From Escherichia phage P1, in the sequence record AF234173.1: 64,000 nt of DNA, one strand, 5' to 3'. The notes beneath the pieces are model-generated. The model was not told where the DNA came from, did no database searches, and worked only from the letters and a program-made list of their open reading frames with translations. Shown here piece after piece: positions 63,924-64,000 of the stretch (positions are counted from its first letter, which is position 1; every line of letters begins with the position of its first letter). A program made the translations under genes and the position numbers.

Positions 63924-63940
63924 ATTGCTCTAATAATTCT
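63924..63940 (+). promoter_or_regulatory. C1 operator (Op99 cluster)
   Basis: ATTGCTCTAATAATTCT. Confidence 0.6.
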
Positions 63941-63983
63941 TGATTTTTATGCGCAGCTGGACGTAAACTCCTCTTCAGACCTA

Positions 63984-64000
63984 ATAACTTCGTATAGCAT
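63984..64000. other. loxP site, first half (cut by window end)
   Basis: ATAACTTCGTATAGCAT = left 13-bp arm plus start of the 8-bp spacer. Confidence 0.85.

Overview
The window reads as about 64 kb of a P1-like temperate phage-plasmid (Enterobacteriaceae type), running from just upstream of the cin invertase to the first half of loxP. All gene names rest on motif recognition and recalled P1 gene order; no database search was run. Recognisable modules, in order: a Cin-type invertase with an invertible tail-fibre C-segment flanked by ~0.6 kb inverted repeats; baseplate genes and the Sit transglycosylase; an AT-rich trio of secreted proteins (sim-like); the immI region (C1 operator, c4, icd, ant); kilA-repL; tail tube/sheath and head genes; parS-parB-parA; incA iterons, repA and oriR; a spanin pair and a PAAR protein; Dmt methyltransferase; three tRNAs; tciA and ban; more baseplate/tail genes; a cluster with ppp and pap phosphatases; hot, a LexA box, humD, phd-doc, lpa, pacA (with the pac site), pacB, c1 and coi. 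About a dozen C1-operator-like 17-mers are scattered through the window. No block stands out as clearly foreign to a P1 backbone. The best candidates for undescribed function are an AT-rich DUF3800-like two-gene operon after repL, the secreted-protein trio, a structured non-coding region around the tRNAs, and a cluster of putative modification enzymes near ppp.
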